Shown one piece after another: positions 28,674 to 39,590 of a stretch of 53,096 bases of DNA. Origin of the DNA: Deltaproteobacteria bacterium (GTDB lineage: Bacteria; Desulfobacterota; Desulfomonilia; UBA1062); assembly GCA_016934135.1 (NCBI GenBank), contig JAFGTK010000061.1, forward strand, positions 1 to 53,096, written 5' to 3'. Each line of letters starts with the position of its first letter. The stretch's first letter is position 1. The position numbers and the translations under genes were made by a program. The notes beneath the pieces were generated by a model that did not search any database, had not been told where the DNA came from, and saw only the letters and a program-made list of their open reading frames with translations.

Positions 28674-30599
28674 ATGGCAAGATGGGATGAGAAGAAAAGG
28701 CTTTTCTATTATACCCCGGGGAAGAATTATGAGTCCGGGATAAAGGATATCGACGAGGGCAACTTCTACCGCTCTATTTTCAACTATCAGGAGGTTCCCA
28801 AGATAGATTTTGATATGAGGCTTATCCCTATTCAGCCTGCTGATGATCTTTTCATCACTGATACGACATTTAGGGACGGCCAGCAGTCATTGACACCGTT
28901 CAGTGTAAATCAGATCGAAACCATTTACGACTTTCTGCATAGAATCGGCGGAAGCAAAGGGCTGATAAGGTCCAGTGAATTTTTTCTCTATTCAAAAAAA
29001 GACAGGGCGGCTGTTGAGCGCTGCCTGGCAAGAGGCTATGCCTTTCCCCGCGTCACTTCATGGATAAGGGCCAACAAGGAAGACCTGAAGCTGGTCAAGG
29101 ACATGGGCATAGGAGAAACCGGCATGCTGACGTCGGTCTCCGACTACCATATCTTCCTGAAACTCGGCTCGAACCGGAGAAAGGTCATGGATGGCTATCT
29201 CGGGATAGTAAAAGAGGCCCTGGGTATGGGGATTGTTCCCAGATGCCATTTTGAAGATATTACCAGGGCCGATATCTACGGCTTCTGCGTACCCTTTGCC
29301 CGGGAACTGATGAGGCTCGGTGAGGATGCAGGCACAGAGGTCAAGATACGGTTGTGCGATACTCTGGGATATGCCGTGTTTTTCCCCGGTGCTGCACTTC
29401 CGAGAGCTGTTGACAAGCTGGTTCGGGCCATGATCGATGATGCGGGCGTGCCGGGCCACCTCCTGGAATGGCACGGGCACAATGATTTTCATAAGGTACT
29501 CGCCAATGCCACAACCGCGTGGCTGTACGGGTGCAGCGGCGTGAACGGAGCAATCTTCGGGTTCGGCGAGCGGACCGGAAATACGCCGGTCGAGGCAATG
29601 GTATTCGAATACCTCTCTCTTCGCGGGCATGATGAAACCATCGATACCAAAGCCATTACCGAGATGGCTGAATTTGTAAATGCAGAGTTGAACTTTACCA
29701 TACCGGCCAACTATCCCTTTGTAGGGGAAAACTTCAATGTAACCAGGGCGGGAATACATGCAGACGGTCTGCTGAAGAATGAGGAGATATATAATATCTT
29801 CGATACCAAGACCATCCTGAACAGACCTATCGAGATTGCAATAACCGATAAATCCGGAAAGGCCGGGATCGCCCACTGGATAAACAGACATTTCAAGATG
29901 GAAGGCCCTGATGAGATTGACAAACGCCATCCAGGGATATCACGCATCTACCAGCATGTCGTAAAGGAGTATGAAGAGGGCAGGACAACCTCCATGTCGG
30001 ATGAAGAACTCGAAAAGCTCTCCATGCGCTTTATTCCTCAGATATTCCTGTCAGGATTCGATCTCATCAAGTACGAGGCCCGGGAATATGCCAGCCAGCT
30101 CATGGCCCAGCTTCTCGACAATGTAGATATCCGGAGCATGGCCCCGGGAAGGCAGGAGCCGGTCATTAACGAGTTTATCAAGGAATTTCCCTTCATCCAG
30201 TTCGCCTATGTTACAGACATGAAAGGGATAAAGATAACACAGAACATTACCCAGCCCGAATATAAAGGCCAGTTCATGCACAAGATGAAGGAGAATGAAG
30301 ACTGTGCAGACAGGGACTGGTTCATCAAGACCATTGAAGACGGGAAGCTCCATGTAAGCGGTATCTGTACTTCCCGTATAACCCGCGCACTCATTATCAC
30401 CGTGTCCGCACCGATTGTGGACGATGGTGACGAGATGGTCGGTGTTCTTGGCCTTGATATCCGGTTCGAGGACGTGGTCAAGGCTATCCAGAGCGTGTAT
30501 GAATCCAGAGGCATGCGTATGAGCCCGAGGGATCTGCAGAAATATCAGCGCCTGCTGTGGGAAGAGCTGCATAGAAGTTCGCGGATAGATAAAATATAG
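28674..30599 (+). CDS. HMGL-family (isopropylmalate/homocitrate/Re-citrate synthase-like) enzyme with C-terminal Cache-like domain
   Basis: It has [13 protein letters not shown], the metal ligands in [15 protein letters not shown], and [11 protein letters not shown]. The C-terminal ~150 aa shows a Cache-type pattern (FAYVTDMKG...DRDWF...G.LHVSG...T...[23 protein letters not shown]). icd lies immediately downstream. Confidence 0.7.
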   Translation: MARWDEKKRLFYYTPGKNYESGIKDIDEGNFYRSIFNYQEVPKIDFDMRLIPIQPADDLFITDTTFRDGQQSLTPFSVNQIETIYDFLHRIGGSKGLIRSSEFFLYSKKDRAAVERCLARGYAFPRVTSWIRANKEDLKLVKDMGIGETGMLTSVSDYHIFLKLGSNRRKVMDGYLGIVKEALGMGIVPRCHFEDITRADIYGFCVPFARELMRLGEDAGTEVKIRLCDTLGYAVFFPGAALPRAVDKLVRAMIDDAGVPGHLLEWHGHNDFHKVLANATTAWLYGCSGVNGAIFGFGERTGNTPVEAMVFEYLSLRGHDETIDTKAITEMAEFVNAELNFTIPANYPFVGENFNVTRAGIHADGLLKNEEIYNIFDTKTILNRPIEIAITDKSGKAGIAHWINRHFKMEGPDEIDKRHPGISRIYQHVVKEYEEGRTTSMSDEELEKLSMRFIPQIFLSGFDLIKYEAREYASQLMAQLLDNVDIRSMAPGRQEPVINEFIKEFPFIQFAYVTDMKGIKITQNITQPEYKGQFMHKMKENEDCADRDWFIKTIEDGKLHVSGICTSRITRALIITVSAPIVDDGDEMVGVLGLDIRFEDVVKAIQSVYESRGMRMSPRDLQKYQRLLWEELHRSSRIDKI

Positions 30600-30613
30600 T
30601 TAAGGAAGGTGAG

Positions 30614-31831
30614 ATGATACAAGGTACAAAGATAGAATTTATTGATGGAAAGATCATTGTTCCGGATGATCCGATCATCCCGTTTATTGAAGGAGACGGT
30701 GTGGGACCTGATATCTGGAGCGCTGCACAGAAGGTGCTCGACGCTGCAGTCGAAAAGGCTTACGGCGGAGCAAAAAAGATTGTCTGGAAAGAGGTCCTTG
30801 CAGGGCAGAAGGCCTATGACGCCAAAGGGACTTATCTGCCCGATGAGACAATCGATGCATTCCGCACATATCTTGTGGGGATCAAGGGGCCACTCACCAC
30901 ACCGGTAGGGGGAGGGATACGATCGCTCAATGTTGCCCTGCGCCAGATCATGGATCTCTTTGCCTGCGTAAGACCTGTGCGGTACTACCAGGGGACACCT
31001 TCGCCGGTAAAAAGGCCTGATCTTGTTGATATCACGGTATTCAGGGAGAACACCGAGGATGTCTATGCCGGGATAGAATGGTCTGAAGGAAGCGCTGAGT
31101 CGCAGAAGGTGATATCCTTTCTCAATGAACAGCTCAAGACAAATATCCGCAGCGATTCGGGTATCGGTATAAAACCCATATCCATCACCGGGACAAAGCG
31201 TCTTGTGCGTATGGCCATGGAATATGCAATCAAGAATGACAAAAAGGTAGTCACCCTGGTCCACAAGGGCAATATCATGAAGTTCACCGAAGGTGCATTC
31301 CGGGACTGGGGCTACGAACTGGTAAGGGACGAGTTCGCCGATGTGGCCATAACCGAGGATGAGCTGTGGAAAGACTACAACGGCAAGCTGCCCGAAGGGA
31401 AGATCCTTGTCAATGACCGCATTGCAGATTCAATGTTCCAGCAGGTCCTTCTCAGGCCGTCCGAGTACGATGTCCTGGCAGTGCCGAATCTGATAGGCGA
31501 TTTCATTTCCGATGCACTCGCAGCACAGGTAGGCGGCCTCGGTATAGCACCAGGGGCGAATATCGGGATCCCGGTGGCAGTATTTGAGGCAACTCATGGT
31601 ACTGCTCCCAAGTATTCCGGCCAGGACAAGGTCAATCCGGGTTCACTGATCCTTTCAGGGGCCATGATGCTCGATCATCTCGGATGGAATGATGCCGCAG
31701 ATCTTGTGAGAAAAGGCATTGAGCGTGCGATCAGGGATAAGCAGGTGACCTATGATCTGGAACGCCTCATGGAAGGCGCCACCCTGCTCAAGTGTTCACA
31801 GTTCGGCCAGGCCATCATCGACAGGATGTAA
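30614..31831 (+). CDS. icd: isocitrate dehydrogenase (NADP-type, homodimeric)
   Basis: 405 aa with [33 protein letters not shown] (the phospho-serine loop in the E. coli enzyme) and [19 protein letters not shown]. Confidence 0.93.
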   Translation: MIQGTKIEFIDGKIIVPDDPIIPFIEGDGVGPDIWSAAQKVLDAAVEKAYGGAKKIVWKEVLAGQKAYDAKGTYLPDETIDAFRTYLVGIKGPLTTPVGGGIRSLNVALRQIMDLFACVRPVRYYQGTPSPVKRPDLVDITVFRENTEDVYAGIEWSEGSAESQKVISFLNEQLKTNIRSDSGIGIKPISITGTKRLVRMAMEYAIKNDKKVVTLVHKGNIMKFTEGAFRDWGYELVRDEFADVAITEDELWKDYNGKLPEGKILVNDRIADSMFQQVLLRPSEYDVLAVPNLIGDFISDALAAQVGGLGIAPGANIGIPVAVFEATHGTAPKYSGQDKVNPGSLILSGAMMLDHLGWNDAADLVRKGIERAIRDKQVTYDLERLMEGATLLKCSQFGQAIIDRM

Positions 31832-31840
31832 GAAGTGTGA

Positions 31841-32053
31841 TCACGCCTTTTTTTTGGCAATCAGATAGCCGAAGGCAAGACCCAGAAGAAAGGTAAAACT
31901 GATCACGATCCATTTCGGTCCGGAAAAGATAGTCCAGATAAGGAACTGGAACGAGGTCTGCTCGAAGTTCTGAAGGATGAAAATAAACCCAAATGCCACG
32001 GCAAGGCCGATGATGATAATCTTTGAATTATCCTTAAGGTCTTCCAAACCCAT
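31841..32053 (-). CDS. LapA-domain (DUF1049) small inner-membrane protein
   Basis: About 70 aa with two TM helices and a basic C-terminus (IAKKKA). The ATG at 32053 has AGGTGGAG 6 nt upstream. Confidence 0.6.
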   Translation of the reverse strand: MGLEDLKDNSKIIIIGLAVAFGFIFILQNFEQTSFQFLIWTIFSGPKWIVISFTFLLGLAFGYLIAKKKA

Positions 32054-32260
32054 TATAATCTCCACCTATTACTGTAGTCACGAAATATTGCATGGACAAG
32101 GCTTGTCTGTCAACCATCTTATACAGCATGCGTGAAAAGCAGCAAGTTTTCAGAAAAACCTCCTTGTTTCAGATCAACATCAGCGGATCTCCTTGTTGAA
32201 GGCCGAAATTGCTGCAACAGTGTCAATAGACATAAGGGTTATAATTTCCCCTTTCCATTT

Positions 32261-32269
32261 TGGTATGAT
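32261..32269 (+). promoter_or_regulatory. extended -10-like element TGGTATGAT upstream of argB (a second -10-like TATAAT lies at 32240-32245)
   Basis: I read this from the sequence. No convincing -35 accompanies either element. It lies about 100 nt upstream of argB. Confidence 0.3.
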
Positions 32270-32303
32270 TTAGGTAAAAAGGCTCTTTTCCCTGTTGGTT
32301 GAA

Positions 32304-32334
32304 TAACACTGGAATATTTGAAATTGCAGTGTTA
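32304..32334 (+). promoter_or_regulatory. 8-bp inverted repeat TAACACTG-N15-CAGTGTTA in the arg operon leader (possible operator)
   Basis: A perfect 8-bp inverted repeat encloses an AT-rich core (GAATATTTGAAATTG), 33 nt upstream of the argB start codon. Confidence 0.3.
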
Positions 32335-32366
32335 AGAAAGGGAAAATCGCAGAAGAAGGTGTTGTC

Positions 32367-33251
32367 ATGGAACATGCTATAAACAGGGCAAAGCTCCTTG
32401 TTGAGGCGCTTCCCTATATCCGGCACTTCAGGGGCAAGAAGATCGTCATCAAATACGGCGGTCATGCCATGGTGGACCCGCAGCTCAAGAAGCTCTTTGC
32501 ACAGCAGGTCATCCTGTTTCATTATATCGGCATCCAGGTGGTTGTCGTGCATGGAGGCGGTCCGCAGATCTCAACGGTACTGAATCAGATGGGGATCGAG
32601 TCGAGCTTTATCGACGGCAAGCGCGTCACGGATGCACGGACCATGGATGTCGTGGAGATGGTACTGGCAGGCGGGGTCAACAAGGAGATTGTAAACCTGA
32701 TCAATACCGACGGGGGCAGGGCTGTAGGCCTGTCCGGAAAGGACGGAGGCCTTATCAGGGCACGAAAGCTCTATTATTCAAGGAAGGATGCACAGGGCAA
32801 CAAATTTACCGATGTGGATATGGGGCATGTGGGTGAGGTAACCGAGATCAACACGGATATTATCGATGCAGTGGAAAAGGCCGGGTTTATCGCCGTAATA
32901 GCACCTTCCGGGGTCGGTGATGACGGGTTGACCTACAATATCAATGCAGACACCGTTGCCGCAGAGATCGCCCGGTCTCTCAAGGTGGAGAGGCTGATCA
33001 TCCTCACAGATGAAAAAGGTGTGCTCGACAAAGACGGGAAGCTCATCTCGAGTATGAATACCGCGGATATCCCGGAGATGATATCATCGGGTATCGTTAC
33101 CGGGGGGATGATCCCTAAGCTGGACTGCTGTATCAGGGCTCTTGAAGGCGGCGTAATCAAGGCCCATATCCTGGATGGAAGGACCCCGTACTCTATCCTT
33201 CTGGAACTGTTTACCGACTCCGGTATAGGAACACAGATCATAAAGGAGTAA
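32367..33251 (+). CDS. argB: acetylglutamate kinase
   Basis: It has LPYIRHFRGKKIVIKYGG, VVVHGGGPQI and YNINADTVAAEIA. Confidence 0.95.
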   Translation: MEHAINRAKLLVEALPYIRHFRGKKIVIKYGGHAMVDPQLKKLFAQQVILFHYIGIQVVVVHGGGPQISTVLNQMGIESSFIDGKRVTDARTMDVVEMVLAGGVNKEIVNLINTDGGRAVGLSGKDGGLIRARKLYYSRKDAQGNKFTDVDMGHVGEVTEINTDIIDAVEKAGFIAVIAPSGVGDDGLTYNINADTVAAEIARSLKVERLIILTDEKGVLDKDGKLISSMNTADIPEMISSGIVTGGMIPKLDCCIRALEGGVIKAHILDGRTPYSILLELFTDSGIGTQIIKE

Positions 33252-33256
33252 ATGAC

Positions 33257-34420
33257 GTGAGTTATGTAATGGAAACGTATTCCCGGCTGCCGATCAAAAT
33301 TGTCCGGGGAAATGGCTGCAGGGTCTGGGATGATACGGGCAGGGAATATCTGGACATGGTATCCGGCATCGCTGTGTGCAATCTCGGCCATGCACACCCT
33401 AAAGTAGTCGATGCCCTCACAGAGCAGGCAAAAGAGCTGTTTCACTGTTCGAATCTCTACCAGATTCCCCTGCAGGAGGAACTGGCCGGAATGATAGCAC
33501 AGCACTCCTTTGATTCACGCGCCTTTTTCTGCAATTCAGGCGCAGAGGCCAATGAGGCCGCAATCAAGCTCTCCAGGCGGTATTGTAATACTATGGGGAA
33601 AAGAGGGGCTCATATCATTACGTTTGAAGGGTCTTTCCATGGCAGGACACTGGCAACCGTTGCCGCAACTGCCCAGGGAAAATTCAGAAAAGGGTTCGAT
33701 CCGATCCCCGAAGGGTTCATTGCGGTCCCCTACGGAGACATAGAAGCGCTGGAAGCAGCCATTGATGACCGGGTCGGGGCATTAATGCTGGAGCCTATTC
33801 AGGGTGAAGGCGGGATCAATCTCCCTCCGAAAGGATACCTTAAGCAGGTAAGGCAGCTCTGCAGCAGGCACGCCATCCTCCTGATCCTCGACGAGATACA
33901 GACAGGAATGGGAAGGACCGGCAAGCTTTTCTGCTATATGCACGAAGATATGGAGCCGGATATCATGACACTGGCAAAGGCCCTCGGCAATGGGTTTCCA
34001 GTCGGGGCAATGGTGGCTAAACCGTATGTGGCAGAGGCATTTATACCCGGGTCCCATGCCTCGACCTTTGGCGGCAACCCGCTTGCAATGGCCTCGAGTA
34101 TTGCTACATTGAAGGTGATGCTAGAGGAGAAGATTCCGGAGAGAACCGGGGAAATGGGCCTATATCTTATGGATGGCCTCATGCAGCTCAAAACATCGCA
34201 TGCAGGCATTAAGGATGTCAGGGGCAGGGGGCTTATGGCCGGTATTGAATTTGACACGGATATTTCCTCTTTCAATGCAGACGGTCTTGATAAGGGCATC
34301 CTGCTGAATGTGATACAGTCTCGCATCCTGAGAATTGCCCCTGCTCTTGTGATCACGAAGCAGGAAATAGACGAGGCCCTTGCAGCCATAGATACCTTAC
34401 TTACGGAAAAGGGGTTATGA
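33257..34420 (+). CDS. argD: acetylornithine aminotransferase
   Basis: It is a class III aminotransferase: FFCNSGAEANEAAIKL, ILDEIQTGMGRTGK, and the PLP lysine in DIMTLAKALGNGFP. The GTG start has AAGGAG 8 nt upstream. Confidence 0.93.
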   Translation: MSYVMETYSRLPIKIVRGNGCRVWDDTGREYLDMVSGIAVCNLGHAHPKVVDALTEQAKELFHCSNLYQIPLQEELAGMIAQHSFDSRAFFCNSGAEANEAAIKLSRRYCNTMGKRGAHIITFEGSFHGRTLATVAATAQGKFRKGFDPIPEGFIAVPYGDIEALEAAIDDRVGALMLEPIQGEGGINLPPKGYLKQVRQLCSRHAILLILDEIQTGMGRTGKLFCYMHEDMEPDIMTLAKALGNGFPVGAMVAKPYVAEAFIPGSHASTFGGNPLAMASSIATLKVMLEEKIPERTGEMGLYLMDGLMQLKTSHAGIKDVRGRGLMAGIEFDTDISSFNADGLDKGILLNVIQSRILRIAPALVITKQEIDEALAAIDTLLTEKGL

Positions 34421-35322
34421 TGGAACACAGGGATTTCCTCTCCATTACGGATCTGTCTTTTAATGAGATAGAGAAGATATTTTCCAAGGCAAAAGAACAC
34501 AAGTACTCCATGCCGGTCCAGAGTCTTTACGGTAAATCCGTGGTGCTTGTTTTCGAAAAGGCATCCACCAGGACCCGCATATCCTTTGAAGTCGGTATAG
34601 CCAGAATGGGAGGCCACCCTATCGTGCTGACTCCTGAAGGTACTCAGATGGCAAGGGGAGAGCCTTTAAAGGATACTGCCCGAATCCTCTCGGGATACTG
34701 TGACGGTATCGTAATGAGGACTTTCGGCCATATCCGGGTCGAAGAGATGGCTCATTTTGCCTCTGTCCCTGTAATAAACGCCCTGACCGATCTCCTCCAT
34801 CCCTGCCAGGTACTTGCAGACTGTTTTACCTTAAGCCAGCGTTTCGGCGAACTTGCAGGAAAGAAGATCGCCTGGATCGGAGACGGCAACAATATGGCCA
34901 ATTCATGGATAAATGCGGCTGCAGTGCTCGGATTTGAACTGGCGCTTGCATGCCCGGAGGGCTATGATCCTGATCAGGGAATAATGGATTCCGCGCTGGA
35001 GCTCGGGGCGCAAATCAGCGTTACCAGAGATCCTGCAGCAGCTGCAGCCGGTGCTATAGCCGTAAACACGGATGTCTGGGCAAGCATGGGGCAGGAAGAC
35101 GAGGCTGATGGACGAAGGAAGGAGTTTTCCGGCTTTCAGGTAAACGGAAAGATCATGGAACATGCTGTTCCGGAAGCGGTTTTCATGCACTGCCTGCCGG
35201 CTCACCGGGAGGAAGAGGTAACCGAAGATGTCCTCGAAGGGCCGCAGTCCATCGTATGGGAACAGGCGCAGAACAGGCTTTATGTACAGGAAGCCATTGT
35301 AGACTTTTTACTAAGACAATAG
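34417..35322 (+). CDS. argF: ornithine carbamoyltransferase
   Basis: It has the STRTR, HPCQ and HCLP motifs ([27 protein letters not shown]). The start overlaps the argD stop (ATGA). Confidence 0.93.
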   Translation: MMEHRDFLSITDLSFNEIEKIFSKAKEHKYSMPVQSLYGKSVVLVFEKASTRTRISFEVGIARMGGHPIVLTPEGTQMARGEPLKDTARILSGYCDGIVMRTFGHIRVEEMAHFASVPVINALTDLLHPCQVLADCFTLSQRFGELAGKKIAWIGDGNNMANSWINAAAVLGFELALACPEGYDPDQGIMDSALELGAQISVTRDPAAAAAGAIAVNTDVWASMGQEDEADGRRKEFSGFQVNGKIMEHAVPEAVFMHCLPAHREEEVTEDVLEGPQSIVWEQAQNRLYVQEAIVDFLLRQ

Positions 35323-35335
35323 AGGTGAGACAATC

Positions 35336-36538
35336 ATGAGTGCAAAAAAAGTAGTATTGGCTTATTCGGGAGGCCTGGATACCTCGGTAATCCTCAAATG
35401 GCTGCAGGATGAATTCGGTTACGAGGTCATCTGCTATGCCGCAGATGTAGGCCAGGCAGAGGAACTGGACGGTCTGGAGGAAAAGGCCATGAAGACCGGC
35501 GCATCGAAGATCTACATCGATGACGTGAGGGAGGAATTTGTACGCGACTATGTATTCCCTGCTTACCGGGCCGATGTGGCGTATGAAGGAACCTATCTTC
35601 TGGGTACCTCGCTGGCGAGGCCGCTCATTGCCAAGAAACTCATAGAGATAGCCCGCAATGAGGGTGCCGAGGCCGTAGCACACGGCGCAACAGGCAAAGG
35701 CAACGACCAGGTCCGCTTCGAGCTGACATTCTGGGCGCTGAATCCTGCCATCAAGGTGATCGCTCCCTGGAAGATGGATGAGTGGAAACTTACCTCGCGT
35801 GAGAAGATGATTGATTATGCAGCAGCCCATGGTATCCCCGTACCGGTCAGCAAAGCGAAACCCTACAGCATGGACAGAAACCTGCTGCATATCAGTTTCG
35901 AGGGCGGGATACTCGAAGATCTCTGGAACGAGCCCAAAGAGGATATGTTCGTTCTTTCATGCTCGCCGGAAAAGGCCCCGGATGAGCCGACCAGTGTGGT
36001 TGTCTCCTTCAGGGACGGTGATGCGACAGCGATCGACGGCCAGGAGATGTCGCCGGCCGAACTGCTGGCAAGGCTCAATGTTCTGGGCGGTAAAAACGGC
36101 ATCGGCAGGGTCGATATCGTGGAGAACCGCTATGTAGGTATGAAATCAAGGGGTGTGTACGAAACACCTGGAGGCACGATCCTGAAGACTGCGCACAGGG
36201 GGATCGAACAGATCACTATGGACAGGGAACTCATGCACTTGAGAGACGAGCTTATGCCGCGTTATGCAACACTCATCTATAACGGATACTGGTTTGCCCC
36301 GGAACGCGTTGCCCTGCAGAAATTCATCGACGAGTCCCAGAAAGGGGTTACAGGCGAAGTGAGGCTGAAGCTCTACAAGGGCAACTGCAGTATTACCGGA
36401 CGAAGAGCCCCTGCCTCGCTGTACAATCCGCAGATTGCAACCTTTGAAGAGGACGAGGTATACGATCAGAAGGACGCTGCAGGGTTTATCCGGCTCAACG
36501 CCCTGCGGCTCAAGATGCGAAAACAGATGGTGCCATGA
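35336..36538 (+). CDS. argG: argininosuccinate synthase
   Basis: It has the ATP-binding AYSGGLDTS motif, [14 protein letters not shown] and [18 protein letters not shown]. Confidence 0.96.
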   Translation: MSAKKVVLAYSGGLDTSVILKWLQDEFGYEVICYAADVGQAEELDGLEEKAMKTGASKIYIDDVREEFVRDYVFPAYRADVAYEGTYLLGTSLARPLIAKKLIEIARNEGAEAVAHGATGKGNDQVRFELTFWALNPAIKVIAPWKMDEWKLTSREKMIDYAAAHGIPVPVSKAKPYSMDRNLLHISFEGGILEDLWNEPKEDMFVLSCSPEKAPDEPTSVVVSFRDGDATAIDGQEMSPAELLARLNVLGGKNGIGRVDIVENRYVGMKSRGVYETPGGTILKTAHRGIEQITMDRELMHLRDELMPRYATLIYNGYWFAPERVALQKFIDESQKGVTGEVRLKLYKGNCSITGRRAPASLYNPQIATFEEDEVYDQKDAAGFIRLNALRLKMRKQMVP

Positions 36539-37929
36539 AAGACAAACCGTGGTCAGGAAGGTTCAAACAGGAGACAGACTCCCGTGTAGAACGCTTCAGT
36601 GAGTCTGTCTCTCTGGATAAGAGGCTCTACCGGCAGGACATAGACGGCAGTATTGCCCATGCGCAGATGCTGTGCAAGAAACGAATCCTCTCTGATGAAG
36701 AGGCCGAGGCCATAATCACGGGCCTTAACGGGATCAGAAAGGATATCGACGAGGGCATATTCTCGTTTAATCCGGCACTCGAAGACGTGCACATGAACAT
36801 TGAAGCAGAGCTGTCCAGAAGGATAGGGGAGGCGGGCAAGAAACTGCATACGGCGCGCAGCCGCAACGATCAGGTGGCTACCGACTTCAGGATGTATGTG
36901 CGGGGTTGCCTGGCCGAAATTCAAAGAGCGCTGAAAGAGATCATGGAGACCCTGATAGAACAGGCAGACAGGCATGTCGACACCATTATGCCCGGTATGA
37001 CACATCTTCAGCATGCACAGCCGGTTTCTTTCGCCCATCACCTGCTGGCCTATTTCGAGATGTTCCTGAGGGATTACAGCCGGGCCCGGGATACGGCAAA
37101 AAGGCTCAATGAATCGCCGCTTGGAAGCGCTGCGCTTGCAGGCACGCCCCATGCGATCGACCGGGAAATGACCGCTTCCGCCCTTGGCTTTGACAGACCC
37201 TGCAGGAATTCCATGGATGCTGTAAGCGATCGGGATTTTGCCATTGAGGCTGCCTTTGATGCCTCGACCATCATGATGCACCTGAGCAGGATGGCTGAAG
37301 AGATCATCATATGGAATTCAAGCCAGTTTTCCTTTGTCGAGCTTGAAGATGCATTCTGTACAGGCAGTTCCATCATGCCCCAGAAAAAAAATCCTGATGT
37401 AGCTGAGCTTGTACGGGGCAAGGTTGGAGGTGTTTACGGGAATCTTATTGCGCTGCTGACCATGATGAAATCCCTGCCGCTCGCGTATAATCGAGATATG
37501 CAGGAAGACAAGCTTCCAGTGATTGCAAGCATGGACACGGTTCTGTCCTGCCTGGAGGTCATGAACGGGCTTATCGGTGCCCTGAAGGTAAACAACGATG
37601 CCTTGGGAGCCTCGCTGAGCAAAGGGTTCATAACAGCAACCGATGTTGCGGATTATCTTGCGGAAAAAGGTCTTCCTTTTCGGGATGCACACCATATTAC
37701 AGGTGAAATGGTTTCATTGCTTATCCGACAGGGCAGGACCCTGAGCGATCTTTCTCTGGATGAGTTCAGATCATTTTCCGACATGTTTGATGAAGATATC
37801 CTTTCAGCAATATCTCCGCTTCAATCTGTGGACAGGCGTAAGAGTTTCGGCGGTACTGCGCGGGAGAATGTGAGAAAAGCCCTGGCAGACGCAAGGGAAA
37901 GGCTGGAGAGCCTTGAGAAAAACTGTTAG
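36535..37929 (+). CDS. argH: argininosuccinate lyase
   Basis: It has the fumarate-lyase signature [12 protein letters not shown], plus SRNDQVATD and TH.Q.AQP. The start overlaps the argG stop (ATGA). Confidence 0.95.
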   Translation: MKDKPWSGRFKQETDSRVERFSESVSLDKRLYRQDIDGSIAHAQMLCKKRILSDEEAEAIITGLNGIRKDIDEGIFSFNPALEDVHMNIEAELSRRIGEAGKKLHTARSRNDQVATDFRMYVRGCLAEIQRALKEIMETLIEQADRHVDTIMPGMTHLQHAQPVSFAHHLLAYFEMFLRDYSRARDTAKRLNESPLGSAALAGTPHAIDREMTASALGFDRPCRNSMDAVSDRDFAIEAAFDASTIMMHLSRMAEEIIIWNSSQFSFVELEDAFCTGSSIMPQKKNPDVAELVRGKVGGVYGNLIALLTMMKSLPLAYNRDMQEDKLPVIASMDTVLSCLEVMNGLIGALKVNNDALGASLSKGFITATDVADYLAEKGLPFRDAHHITGEMVSLLIRQGRTLSDLSLDEFRSFSDMFDEDILSAISPLQSVDRRKSFGGTARENVRKALADARERLESLEKNC

Positions 37930-38293
37930 AGCCCTTGTTTTTTGGGGATGCATGGTCCTTCTTTGCATGGGATGCGGCCGGAAACTGCCGCCCATGCCCC
38001 CGGGAATGCCGGATCCGGTGGAGATCGTATCTGCCGGGTTTGATGAAGACAGGGTAATAGTAAAGGCCAGGTGCAGCATTACGGGCGGTGAAGTGAGCCT
38101 TTTAGGCAAGGCAAAGGGGATCTGCCCTGCGTGCACGGACGATCTGAAGGAAAAGGATGTCCTGTCGAGTGTCGAACCCGGGGAGGTTGTACTGATGGAT
38201 ATTTCGCCGGATTCCCCGTACATGGTTTACCGTGTAGCCTATAAAAAGGATACAACTGTATGGATGACACCGGTGACAATAGTAGTCAAGTAA
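37913..38293 (+). CDS. small lipoprotein of unknown function
   Basis: The TTG start has GGAG 4 nt upstream and overlaps the argH end by 17 nt. It has a lipobox signal ([21 protein letters not shown]), a Pro-rich linker, and a ~100-aa domain with C..(28 aa)..CPAC. Confidence 0.55.
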   Translation: MRKTVRALVFWGCMVLLCMGCGRKLPPMPPGMPDPVEIVSAGFDEDRVIVKARCSITGGEVSLLGKAKGICPACTDDLKEKDVLSSVEPGEVVLMDISPDSPYMVYRVAYKKDTTVWMTPVTIVVK

Positions 38294-38321
38294 CTGTAAA
38301 AGATACAGGAGAGAAGAGAAT

Positions 38322-39578
38322 ATGCATGATTTTGAATACAGACAGGGAAACCTCCATTGTGCAGAGGTGCCCCTGAAGCAGATTGCCGATAAGATAGGAA
38401 CACCTTTTTACTGCTACAGCCTGCCCACGCTCAAGCGACATGTGCGCGCCTTTGAAGATCCGCTGACAGGGGTCGACCACCAGACATGTTTTGCCATGAA
38501 GGCAAATTCGAGCTTGGCCATTCTTGCATTCATGGCCAGGCAGGGCCTTGGTGCGGATGTGGTATCAGGAGGAGAGCTGTACCGGGCGATCAAGGCCGGC
38601 ATCCCTGGAAACAAGATCGTATACTCAGGTGTGGGCAAGACCACTGAAGAAATCGATATGGCAATACATGCAGGCATCATGATGTTCAACATAGAAAGTG
38701 AACAGGAGCTGGAGGTAATCAATGCACGGGCAGGGGAACTGGGGAAAAAGGCGCCTATTTCGATAAGGGTTAACCCCGACGTTGACCCGAAGACCCATCC
38801 CTATATCTCTACCGGCATGAAGAACAACAAGTTCGGGATCGATATCGAGGGCTCCATGGCCCAGTACCTGCGCGCAAAGGATATGGAAAACATCGAGATC
38901 GTGGGCATAGACTGTCATATAGGCAGCCAGCTTACCGATGTGAGCCCGTTCATCGACGCGGCGGGGAGGCTCAAGGTCCTGATAGCGAATCTGGCCGGGC
39001 ATGGGGTGGAGTTCCGGTATCTGGATCTTGGCGGCGGCCTGGGTATAACCTATCTAGATGAACAACCACCTAATCCGAAAGATTACTGCGCAGCCATCCT
39101 CGATGCAGTAGGTTCTCTTGGTCTCAAGCTCATATTCGAGCCTGGCAGGGTTATCGTTGGAAACACGGGGATTCTCGTCACCGAAGTACTGTATCGCAAG
39201 GAGACCGTTAACAAGACCTTCATCATAGTGGATGCAGGCATGAACGATCTCTTAAGACCTGCTCTCTATGGCGCTTATCATGATATTAAACCCCTGAAAC
39301 AAAAAAGCGGTGATATGTCTAAGGCCGATGTGGTTGGCCCTATCTGCGAATCGAGTGATTTCCTGGCCAAGGACAGGGATCTGCCGAGACTTGAAAGGGG
39401 AGACATGGTCGCGGTTATGAGTGCGGGGGCATATGGGTATACAATGGCGTCCAATTATAATTCGCGGCCAAAACCTCCTGAGGTTTTGGTGGATGGATCA
39501 AGATATTATGTGGTATCTAACAGACAGTCATACGAAGACCTCATATTCGGAGAGACCATTCCGGATATATTTGGATAA
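38322..39578 (+). CDS. lysA: diaminopimelate decarboxylase
   Basis: It has the PLP lysine in CFAMKANS, plus YLDLGGGLGI, EPGR and GPICESSD. It is a full-length group IV decarboxylase. Confidence 0.93.
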   Translation: MHDFEYRQGNLHCAEVPLKQIADKIGTPFYCYSLPTLKRHVRAFEDPLTGVDHQTCFAMKANSSLAILAFMARQGLGADVVSGGELYRAIKAGIPGNKIVYSGVGKTTEEIDMAIHAGIMMFNIESEQELEVINARAGELGKKAPISIRVNPDVDPKTHPYISTGMKNNKFGIDIEGSMAQYLRAKDMENIEIVGIDCHIGSQLTDVSPFIDAAGRLKVLIANLAGHGVEFRYLDLGGGLGITYLDEQPPNPKDYCAAILDAVGSLGLKLIFEPGRVIVGNTGILVTEVLYRKETVNKTFIIVDAGMNDLLRPALYGAYHDIKPLKQKSGDMSKADVVGPICESSDFLAKDRDLPRLERGDMVAVMSAGAYGYTMASNYNSRPKPPEVLVDGSRYYVVSNRQSYEDLIFGETIPDIFG

Positions 39579-39590
39579 ATCAGGAGGCAG

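Noticed and set aside
32227-32245. TAGACA plus TATAAT, first read as a sigma-70 -35/-10 pair upstream of argB.
   Set aside because: Recounting shows the two hexamers are only 7 nt apart, so they cannot form one promoter. Only the isolated -10-like elements are reported.
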